From: Candidatus Aldehydirespirator catecholifindens
GTDB lineage: Bacteria > Actinomycetota > Acidimicrobiia > Acidimicrobiales > Aldehydirespiratoraceae
DNA length: 64,000 nt
Assembly (NCBI GenBank): GCA_028283245.1
Contig: JAPYNU010000006.1
Span: forward strand, 1,542-65,541
Direction: 5' to 3'
The notes under the pieces were generated by a model that was not told the DNA's origin, ran no database searches, and worked only from the letters and a program-made list of their open reading frames with translations. Shown here piece by piece: positions 38,578 to 46,382 of this stretch. The position numbers and the translations under genes are program-made. Each line of letters starts with the position of its first letter. Position 1 is the stretch's first letter.

Positions 38578-40094
38578 CTCGTCTCGGGTTTCTTTTGGAT
38601 AGCAGCAGTTGCATCGGCTGTCATGCCTGCACGGTCGCCTGCAAAGCCGAGCACGATGTGGCACTCGGCGTGAACCGTACCTGGGTCAAATACATCGAGA
38701 CCGGCACATTCCCAGATGTCGAACGCAACTTTTCGGTGATGCGCTGCAATCACTGCGACAACGCTCCTTGCATAACCATCTGTCCTACAGGAGCGCTGTT
38801 TCGGGCTAGCAACGGCGTGGTTGATTTTGATGATCGCAGTTGCATTGGCTGCAAAGGCTGCATGAACGCCTGCCCTTATGACGCGATTTACATCAACCCG
38901 ACCACCAACACAGCCCACAAATGCAATTTTTGCAATCATCGGATCGAACAGAATCTCGAACCGAGCTGTGTGGTGGTGTGTCCCACACATGCCATCAAGG
39001 TGGCTGATCTTGATGACCCTGATGACGCGGTTACTCAGCTGATTGCTGCCAACGAAACGGCGGTCAGAGCGCCCGAGCAGCAAACCCTGCCGAAGGTTCA
39101 CTATCTGGGTGCCTCGGAGGAGTCGCTTGACCCGCTACGCAGCGCCATCGCTGCTGACGGCATGATCTGGGCCGATACAACGTCTCAGCATCCCACGCTG
39201 CCGTCCGACTCAGCAGGTGTGGAAGCTCGAACCACATACACCACGGCGCACGAGACGACCTGGAAAGGTCGAGTGTCAAGCTATTTGGTCACCAAAGCGG
39301 CCGCTGCTGGGGTGATGGCCGTGGCTGCGGTTCTGGTGCTTCTAGGTCACGGCGATGAGCGAGCCGCTGTAGCGGTAATGCCAGCGCTGGTGGCGGGAGT
39401 TCTGCTGGCAGTCACAGGGGCGCTGCTGATAGGAGATCTGAGACGACCGGAGCGTTTCTACTATCTGCTGACCCGACCCAACAAGCGTTCTTGGTTGGTG
39501 AAAGGTGCTTGGGTGCTTGGCGGTTTCGCAGCGGTTTGTGTGGCATGGCTAGCCGCAGCCGTTGTTGACAGCAGCGTTGCTTTGACAGTGTTGTCTGTGC
39601 CAGCCATCATTGGTGCAGCTGCTACCGCGGGTTACACAGCTTTTTTGTTCAACCAGTGCGAAGGGCGTGATTTGTGGCAGTCGAAGCTGCTCTTGCCGCT
39701 GCTGTTGGCTCAGGGTGCGGTTGCTGGAGCGGCGGTCTATCTGCTTGCTGATCCAGTGATGGACATCCCCGCAGTGGGTGTTGTGCGCTGGATGATGCTG
39801 GGCGGGTTGGCTGCTTGTGGTGTGCTGATAGCTGCTGAGTTTGTCGGCGGCAGCCATGCCAACAGTCATGTCAAAGCGGCTTTATCGAATCTGGCGCGTG
39901 GCCGTCAGGCGCGTCGTTTCTGGATTGGGGCGATCGGTTTGGGTTTAATCGTTCCTGCGATCATCATGGTGGTGACTGTTGCCACTAGCAGCAATCCTTC
40001 ACTGCCTGCGTTGGCTGCAATGGCCTCATTGGTAGGGATGTGGTTCTACGAGGACTGTTTCGTGCGTGCTGGCCAGTCGGTGCCACTGTCCTAG
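38574..40094 (+). CDS. Fusion of a 4x[4Fe-4S] ferredoxin subunit (DmsB/PsrB-like) to an NrfD/PsrC-like integral membrane quinol-interacting domain
   Basis: Four Cys clusters (CIGCHACTVAC, CNHCDNAPCITICP, CIGCKGCMNACP, CNFCNHR...CVVVCP) in residues 1-160, then about 8 hydrophobic helices. ATGA overlap with the lldD-like stop. Confidence 0.8.
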   Translation: MTRLGFLLDSSSCIGCHACTVACKAEHDVALGVNRTWVKYIETGTFPDVERNFSVMRCNHCDNAPCITICPTGALFRASNGVVDFDDRSCIGCKGCMNACPYDAIYINPTTNTAHKCNFCNHRIEQNLEPSCVVVCPTHAIKVADLDDPDDAVTQLIAANETAVRAPEQQTLPKVHYLGASEESLDPLRSAIAADGMIWADTTSQHPTLPSDSAGVEARTTYTTAHETTWKGRVSSYLVTKAAAAGVMAVAAVLVLLGHGDERAAVAVMPALVAGVLLAVTGALLIGDLRRPERFYYLLTRPNKRSWLVKGAWVLGGFAAVCVAWLAAAVVDSSVALTVLSVPAIIGAAATAGYTAFLFNQCEGRDLWQSKLLLPLLLAQGAVAGAAVYLLADPVMDIPAVGVVRWMMLGGLAACGVLIAAEFVGGSHANSHVKAALSNLARGRQARRFWIGAIGLGLIVPAIIMVVTVATSSNPSLPALAAMASLVGMWFYEDCFVRAGQSVPLS

Positions 40095-40146
40095 CAAGTC
40101 ATCGCTGCCATGACCTTTCAGCAAAGCCCATCCCCAGATAGATCAT

Positions 40147-40234
40147 CTTTGCACACTTCACTTTTGGATAGCTCGCTCTTACACACTGCACCCCTAGACA
40201 TTTCGCTTTTGCACGCTTCACTTTTGGATGGTTC
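40147..40234. repeat. Three degenerate 30-bp tandem repeats directly upstream of the molybdoenzyme gene
   Basis: ctttgcacacttcacttttggata (40147) and cttttgcacgcttcacttttggatg (40207), with a weaker middle copy ctcttacacactgcacccctagaca (40176). Period 30 bp; the block ends 4 bp before the GTG at 40238. Confidence 0.65.
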
Positions 40235-40237
40235 ACC

Positions 40238-43090
40238 GTGACCGATCAGCACAGTTCGTCTTTGGATAGTTATCCCCCGCATGAGTCTTGGCACGACGCA
40301 ATCACGCTTGATGCCGCAGCTTGGCCCCAAAAAGTTGAGCAGCATCACACGCTGGTGCCCACGACCTGTTTCAACTGCGAAGCCGCCTGCGGACTGCTGT
40401 GTCACGTCAACCACGAAACGCAGCGTATTGATCGCGTGGAAGGCAATCCGTTGCATCCTGCTAGTCGTGGACGTAACTGCGCCAAAGGCCCGGCCACACT
40501 TAACCAGATTGACGACCACGAACGCATCCTGCATCCGCTGCGCCGTATCGGCGAACGTGGCAGCGGCCAATGGCAGCAGGTCAGCTGGGAAGAAGCCCTT
40601 GACGACATCGCAGAGCGGATCCGTGAAGCTTTCAGCAGTGGCCGCCACAACGAGGTCATGTATCACGTTGGGCGGCCCGGCGAGGACGGTTTCGCTGAGA
40701 GGGTGTTGCAGTGCTGGGGCAGCGACGGCCACAACAGCCACACCAACGTGTGCAGCTCCAATGCCCGCATCGGCTATCAAAGCTGGATGGGCCATGACCG
40801 GCCCTCAGCGGACTTTGCTAATGCGGAAGTGATCTTTTTGATCTCGTCTCATTTGGAGACCGGTCACTATTTCAATCCTCACGCGCAACGCATCATGGAA
40901 GCCAAAAGCAATGGTGCCACCGTGATCTGTGTAGACCCGAGGCTGTCCAACACTGGCGCTAAAGCCGATTTCTGGTTGCCTGCCTGGCCTGGCACCGAAC
41001 CGTTTTTGTTGCTAGCAATCGCGCGTCTGTTGCTTGTTGCTGGCGCCTGGGAGCGCGATTTTGTGCGTCGCTGGACGAACTGGGAGACCTACCTGCGCGA
41101 ACGCCACCTGAATCGTGCAGTTGAGTTCGACTCGGTGGGTGCTGCGCTGCTTGAGGACTATGCCGCTTACACACCCGAAGAAGCTGAAAGGGTTTGCGGT
41201 GTGCCTGCTGCGCAGATAGAAGAGATCGCCAAGATCATTGGAGCGCATCCCACAAAATTCGCGTCACATAACTGGCGTGCTGCTGGGGCGGGCAATCTTG
41301 GCGGTTGGCAAACAGCGCGTTGCCTGTTCTTTTTGAATGTTCTGACAGGTTCGGTCGGCACGGTCGGTGGAACCACCGGAAACGGCTGGAACAAATACAA
41401 GGCACCGCATCCCCAGGCTGCGCCCCCGCCGAGGCAATGGAACGAACTCAACTGGCCGCGTGAATACCCGCTGGCTTATCACGAGATGTCCATCCTGCTG
41501 CCGCATTTTTTGCGGGAGGGTCGTGGCCGCCTTGAAGTGTATTTCAGCCGTGTTTATAACCCAGTGTGGACCAACCCCGACGGGTTCAGCTGGCTAGAAG
41601 CTTTGAAAGATACTGACAAGGTTGGTTGCCATGTGGCGTTGACGCCGACTTGGTCAGAGACAGCGTTCTTTGCTGACTATGTGCTGCCGATGGGTGTGGC
41701 GGCTGAACGCCATGATGTGGCCAGCTTCGAGACTCATGCAGGCCGGTGGCTGGGGTTTCGTCAGCCGGTGATGCGCCGCTTCGCCGAGCTTCAAGGCGAG
41801 GCTGTCACTCACGACTCGCGCACGCATCAGTTCAATCCCGGGGAAGTCTGGGAAGAAAACGAGTTTTGGATTGATCTGTCGTGGCGTATTGATCCCGACG
41901 GTGCTCTGGGTATCCGGCGCTGGTTTGAGAGCCCGTCACGTCCCGGCACGCCCATGTCGGTGGACGACTATTACTCGCAGATGTTCGAAGCCGTTCCTGG
42001 TTTGGCTGATGATGCTGCCGCGGTTGGCCAGACTCCGCTGGAGTTCGTGCGTGACCGTGGTGCTTACGCCCTTGAAGGCGACATGTATCTGCGGTATGAG
42101 CGTGAGGTTCCGTCAGCCGATCTGAGCGACTGCCGAAAGGACTCTCAGGGCGTGTTCAGACATCCGCACACACCTGGATCGTGGTCTGGAGATCGCGCAG
42201 AACTCAAAGACATGTCGCTGCCCGGCCTTGGTGACGGATCTCCGGCAGTGGAAATCGATGGAGTCGCCCGGGAAGGGTTCCCGACCCCGTCACGCAAGCT
42301 TGAGCTCTATTCTCAGACCTTGGCGGATTGGGGCTGGCCCGAATACGCCACCCCAACCTGGATCCCGTCGCATGTGCATTGGGAGGATCTAGAACTTTCT
42401 GAAAATGAGCGGATCCTGCTGCCGACTTTTCGGATTCCTACTTTGATACATACTCGCTCAGCTAACAGCAAATGGCTTTCTGAATTGAGTCATCGGCATC
42501 CGTTGTGGATCCACCCAGACGATGCCGAGGCGTTGGGGATCGCCGAGAGCGGTTTAGTGCGGGTAACCACTCGCATCGGCCATTTCGTGATCATTGCTTG
42601 GCGCACGCAAGGCATTCGTCCTGGTGTGGTGGCGGTTTCGCATCACATGGGCCGCTGGCGCTTAGACGCGTCCATTGGTGCCTCATGGACTGGCGGTGTT
42701 GCTGACATCAGCACCGAGGCCAGCGCCGATATGAGCAACGAAGGAACGTTGTGGCGCTTGCGTCGCCGTGGGGCCCCACAGGCGCACAGCAGCGCAGACC
42801 CCGACACTGAACGCATCTGGTGGGATGACACCGGAGTTCATCAGAACCTGACTTTTTGTGTGCAACCCGACCCGGTGTCTGGCATGCAGTGCTGGCATCA
42901 GCGAGTGCGTATCGGCCCTGCCAACCCCGACGATGTCTACGGCGATGTAGTGGTGGACACCGCAAAAGCCCGCGAGGCTTACCGGGAATGGCTAGCGATG
43001 ACACGCCCAGCGCCCGGCCCTAACGGCCTGCGCAGACCCCTGTGGTATGCCCGCCCGCTAAAACCCGCAGCCCCCGCCTACACCTTGTAG
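40238..43090 (+). CDS. Molybdopterin (bis-MGD) oxidoreductase catalytic subunit, DMSO-reductase superfamily, without a Tat signal
   Basis: N-terminal FS0 Cys motif CFNCEAACGLLC; 950 aa with the typical MopB layout. No RRxFLK twin-arginine leader. Confidence 0.85.
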   Translation: MTDQHSSSLDSYPPHESWHDAITLDAAAWPQKVEQHHTLVPTTCFNCEAACGLLCHVNHETQRIDRVEGNPLHPASRGRNCAKGPATLNQIDDHERILHPLRRIGERGSGQWQQVSWEEALDDIAERIREAFSSGRHNEVMYHVGRPGEDGFAERVLQCWGSDGHNSHTNVCSSNARIGYQSWMGHDRPSADFANAEVIFLISSHLETGHYFNPHAQRIMEAKSNGATVICVDPRLSNTGAKADFWLPAWPGTEPFLLLAIARLLLVAGAWERDFVRRWTNWETYLRERHLNRAVEFDSVGAALLEDYAAYTPEEAERVCGVPAAQIEEIAKIIGAHPTKFASHNWRAAGAGNLGGWQTARCLFFLNVLTGSVGTVGGTTGNGWNKYKAPHPQAAPPPRQWNELNWPREYPLAYHEMSILLPHFLREGRGRLEVYFSRVYNPVWTNPDGFSWLEALKDTDKVGCHVALTPTWSETAFFADYVLPMGVAAERHDVASFETHAGRWLGFRQPVMRRFAELQGEAVTHDSRTHQFNPGEVWEENEFWIDLSWRIDPDGALGIRRWFESPSRPGTPMSVDDYYSQMFEAVPGLADDAAAVGQTPLEFVRDRGAYALEGDMYLRYEREVPSADLSDCRKDSQGVFRHPHTPGSWSGDRAELKDMSLPGLGDGSPAVEIDGVAREGFPTPSRKLELYSQTLADWGWPEYATPTWIPSHVHWEDLELSENERILLPTFRIPTLIHTRSANSKWLSELSHRHPLWIHPDDAEALGIAESGLVRVTTRIGHFVIIAWRTQGIRPGVVAVSHHMGRWRLDASIGASWTGGVADISTEASADMSNEGTLWRLRRRGAPQAHSSADPDTERIWWDDTGVHQNLTFCVQPDPVSGMQCWHQRVRIGPANPDDVYGDVVVDTAKAREAYREWLAMTRPAPGPNGLRRPLWYARPLKPAAPAYTL

Positions 43091-43116
43091 CCATCGCGCG
43101 ACTAAGCGGCTTTGCC

Positions 43117-43140
43117 GGTATATTTTCTGGTATATTTTCT
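43117..43140. repeat. Perfect 12-bp tandem duplication GGTATATTTTCT x2 in the promoter region of the 209-aa/XRE-ImmA pair
   Basis: Read directly; AT-rich, 50-73 nt upstream of the GTG at 43190. Confidence 0.9.
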
Positions 43141-43189
43141 ATCTAAATCCCTGCGCCCGCGCGCTAGCCGATGAAACGGAGGCAAACAA

Positions 43190-43819
43190 GTGCAGTCCGA
43201 GGAGCTACAGACTCTCCGAAACAAGGCTCGAGTCCTTGATGAAATAGGCGAGAAAGTGCGGTGCGCTCTCGCGGACGTAGTTAATGCAGCCAGAAAAGAC
43301 CTCAACGAGTACCGAAAGACTTGTCGAGACTTTGCGACGCATTCGTCGCCTCGCGGGATGGCGAACTGGATCCATGATCGGATCTGGTACCACGCACGGC
43401 ACCTGCTGGATTCAATTGATGATGTTGTCTGCCACGAGAAGGGATCCACTAAAGAGATCATCGTGCGAGATCGGTATCGCATACGCCTGAAACGACATAG
43501 ACGGTTGGCTGATGTCGCTACATATCCAACGCAGGGCGCGCTCAACTTCATGGAGCAGCCCGAAGGCCAGCTTGTGTTAGCGGGCATGGAACAGCTTCGC
43601 TTGATCTGCGGTTACCAGTGGGATAATGACTCCGGCGAGATAGGGCCAGCCGTGCTATCCATGAGGGATGGAACCAAGAACGTAATATGGGTTCACGAGC
43701 TGAATGGCACCGAGCAGGCGGCGACACCATTGCCTGGCCGGGATGCTCCAAGTTCGGCTGTCGTGCGAGATCGACTTGATGGGATGTTTGAAGAGAGACA
43801 GCGCCGTCAGCAGTCATGA
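43190..43819 (+). CDS. Hypothetical protein, no recognisable domain
   Basis: 209 aa. The GTG start is preceded by GGAGG, and the stop overlaps the next start (ATGA). The amino-acid composition is protein-like, whereas the antisense ORF 43102-43587 is Arg/Ser/Cys-rich shadow. Confidence 0.55.
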   Translation: MQSEELQTLRNKARVLDEIGEKVRCALADVVNAARKDLNEYRKTCRDFATHSSPRGMANWIHDRIWYHARHLLDSIDDVVCHEKGSTKEIIVRDRYRIRLKRHRRLADVATYPTQGALNFMEQPEGQLVLAGMEQLRLICGYQWDNDSGEIGPAVLSMRDGTKNVIWVHELNGTEQAATPLPGRDAPSSAVVRDRLDGMFEERQRRQQS

Positions 43820-44865
43820 GCCTTGGTGAAGCCCTGGTAACGACCCGGCGCGCTCGGGCGATAACACAAGAAGAGTTGGCTGATTCGACTGGTATCACCC
43901 AGGCAGCGTTGTCTCGTTACGAGAACGATCTGAGAGAACCAAGCCAAGAAACCCTCAACACGCTGGCAGCGGCACTCGGCGTAACCCCCGATTTTCTACA
44001 GCTGGCCGATAGAGCGCAAGGGGCGTTTATGGTGGATGCTCACATGCGCCGCCGCCGCACGGCGAAGGCGACCGTCTGGCGTCGACTCGAAGCACGTCTG
44101 AACGTGTATCGCATGCATGTTCGGCTCTTGATTAGAGAAGTGGAGATTGGGCCGCAGCTGGCCTTGCCGCTGTTTGATCCGCTGGAGCACTCGCCTACCG
44201 ACGCGGCACGCTTCGTTCGGATGCAGTGGCGTATGCCGTCAGGCCCTGTGCGTGATCTCATCGGATGGCTGGAGGCGGCAGGCTGCGTGGTGATCGCCGA
44301 GGATTTCGGTTTGATGACCGGTGGCGGCAGGGTGGACGGGCTGTCTCAATGGGCTTCCGACTCGCCAGTAATGCTGGTCAACAGCCGTGCCCCGACGGAC
44401 CGATTGCGGCTCACCCTGGCGCATGAACTCGCTCATATATGTATGCACAACGATCAGCTCGGCGGTGATCCAGAGCAAGAAGCGAATGACTTTGCGGCGG
44501 AGTTTCTGATGCCAGCAGATTCGATTCGTCCCGAACTTCGCAACCTCAGCATCGGCAGGCTTCATGAACTCAAGCGCTATTGGGGAGTTTCAATGCAGGC
44601 ACTCATTGAGCGCGGTTATCGGCTCGGGACGCTTTCAGCTAGTCAGCGCACCAGCTTCTATAAGACTTTCAGCGCTCGTGGCTGGCGCGCCAACGAACCT
44701 CTCAGCAACGAACTCCCACTGGAGCGGCCACAGTTAGCTCAGCGACTTGGCCAGGTTCTGATGCAGCGAGGTCTCACTGCCAACGAGGTGATCGGCATTG
44801 CTGGCGCAGTGCCCGGTCACGACTATCCGTTCTTTTTGCCCAGACCACACCTCGCTGCTGTGTGA
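43816..44865 (+). CDS. Fused XRE-family HTH regulator and ImmA/IrrE (COG2856) zinc metalloprotease
   Basis: N-terminal HTH ITQEELADSTGITQAALSRYENDLREPS; the central domain has HEXXH (LAHELAHICMH) and the downstream EANDFAAEFLMP, typical of ImmA/IrrE. Confidence 0.8.
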   Translation: MSLGEALVTTRRARAITQEELADSTGITQAALSRYENDLREPSQETLNTLAAALGVTPDFLQLADRAQGAFMVDAHMRRRRTAKATVWRRLEARLNVYRMHVRLLIREVEIGPQLALPLFDPLEHSPTDAARFVRMQWRMPSGPVRDLIGWLEAAGCVVIAEDFGLMTGGGRVDGLSQWASDSPVMLVNSRAPTDRLRLTLAHELAHICMHNDQLGGDPEQEANDFAAEFLMPADSIRPELRNLSIGRLHELKRYWGVSMQALIERGYRLGTLSASQRTSFYKTFSARGWRANEPLSNELPLERPQLAQRLGQVLMQRGLTANEVIGIAGAVPGHDYPFFLPRPHLAAV

Positions 44866-44913
44866 GTCACTGCTTTGTGAATGGTGCCTGTTGAGTCGGG
44901 AGCGTCATGAGCG

Positions 44914-45363
44914 TTGTTGGGGCTAGAGTCCTCGTTTGTGACAGACACAGATTATGCGCCTAGCCCGCAGGCTTTTGTTGCTGATCATGTTGCGCGCTAT
45001 CTCGCTAGCAGCGGCGGAGACGGCTTTGAGTTCGAAGGTGCCCAGTGCGTGATCCTCACCACCGTCGGTCGCAAAACCGGCAGTCTGCGACGCACGCCGC
45101 TGATCCGTGTCACCGACGGAGATCGCTATCTGCTGGTGGCTTCAAGGGGCGGCGCTCCGACTCATCCCATGTGGTATCACAACTTGGTGGACAACCCTGA
45201 GGTCACGATCCAGGATCGCGACATGGTTCATAAGCTACGGGCACGCACCGCCACGCCCGACGAGAAGGCTGCATTGTGGCATTTGGCTGTGGAGCAATGG
45301 CCTGACTACGCCGAGTATCAGGCACGAACCGACCGCGACATACCTCTGGTGATTTGCGAATAA
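44914..45363 (+). CDS. Deazaflavin (F420)-dependent nitroreductase family protein (DUF385/Ddn-like)
   Basis: TVGRKTGSLRRTPL..., VASRGGAPTHPMWYHNLVDNPEVTIQ and WP.Y..YQ motifs. Start uncertain (TTG 44914 or GTG 44938). Confidence 0.78.
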   Translation: MLGLESSFVTDTDYAPSPQAFVADHVARYLASSGGDGFEFEGAQCVILTTVGRKTGSLRRTPLIRVTDGDRYLLVASRGGAPTHPMWYHNLVDNPEVTIQDRDMVHKLRARTATPDEKAALWHLAVEQWPDYAEYQARTDRDIPLVICE

Positions 45364-45492
45364 AGTTGGCAAGCCTCGACGGCACCCATGCTTGTGACAC
45401 CTTGTCACGATGCGCAGGCAGCCAAAACGCACCACAACGTCTATCCTCAGTGGAGTTGAAAGCTGTGCCTAATCGCTGTGTGGAGACACTAA

Positions 45493-46353
45493 GTGGCTGA
45501 AGTACCCGAGTATCTGCTTGCGCGTTCGAAGGAGCGCCGCGCCGAGCTGACCGGCGAAGGAGCCGACGACTCCGGCGGCACTAGCAGCACTGCAGCTGCC
45601 ACGCCTACCGATGGTGACACTTCAAGCGCTGCGCCTAGCGCACCCGCATCGACGACAACTCCCGCAACGCAGTCGTCTGCTGGCGCTGGGGCACCAGCCG
45701 AACGTGTGGCGGCACCGGTTGCAGCACCCGAGCCGGATCCTCCTTACGTGCAGGCCGCTCAGCAACGCAAGAGGATGCCTTACTGGGCGGCGTCGGTGAT
45801 GTTGATGCTGCCGATATGGGCGATCTTCTATGTGGGAATGCTTGAACCACCCGACTCCGATGAACTGGTGCTAGCTGAAAACGGTTCCGTTGTTTACAGC
45901 ACTTGTGCGTCGTGTCACGGCACCAACGGCGAAGGCGCAGCCACAGGCAGGCAACTCAACGAAGGCGAAGTTCTCCTGACTTTCGCGCCAGGGGCTACTG
46001 GTCTGGCTCAGCACATTTCATGGGTTTATTTGGGAACCGCAGGAAGTCAGCGCATAGGGCTGGACTTCTACGGCAATCCGGATCGCCCCGGTGGTCAACG
46101 CCAGACCAACAGCTACGCCAGCGGCATGAGCGGCTTCTCCAACCTAAGTCTGGAAGACCTAGTCTCGGTTGTCTATTACGAGCGGGTAGTTCACGGAGGC
46201 CTTGATGCCGAAACAGCCGCCCTCGAAGAGGAAATGTTGCTGGCGTTAGCAGCCGATGACCCAGCATTCGAAACGGCTTCGCCCGAAGAAATTGCAGCTC
46301 TGCTGGGGGAGTCCGCCGAGGGCCACGGCGTTGACATGGCCGCCGACAACTAA
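45493..46353 (+). CDS. Membrane-anchored mono-haem c-type cytochrome
   Basis: A single CASCHG haem-binding motif, one TM helix (WAASVMLMLPIWAIFYVGML), and an Ala/Pro/Thr-rich linker. Confidence 0.7.
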   Translation: MAEVPEYLLARSKERRAELTGEGADDSGGTSSTAAATPTDGDTSSAAPSAPASTTTPATQSSAGAGAPAERVAAPVAAPEPDPPYVQAAQQRKRMPYWAASVMLMLPIWAIFYVGMLEPPDSDELVLAENGSVVYSTCASCHGTNGEGAATGRQLNEGEVLLTFAPGATGLAQHISWVYLGTAGSQRIGLDFYGNPDRPGGQRQTNSYASGMSGFSNLSLEDLVSVVYYERVVHGGLDAETAALEEEMLLALAADDPAFETASPEEIAALLGESAEGHGVDMAADN

Positions 46354-46382
46354 ATCGACCGCAGGCCGCTACTGGCCGGTTC

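Noticed and set aside
40238-43090. Selenocysteine recoding or a Tat signal in the molybdoenzyme.
   Set aside because: The ORF is uninterrupted over 950 codons with no in-frame TGA. The N-terminus (MTDQHSSSLDSYPPHESWHD...) has no RR motif or hydrophobic h-region.
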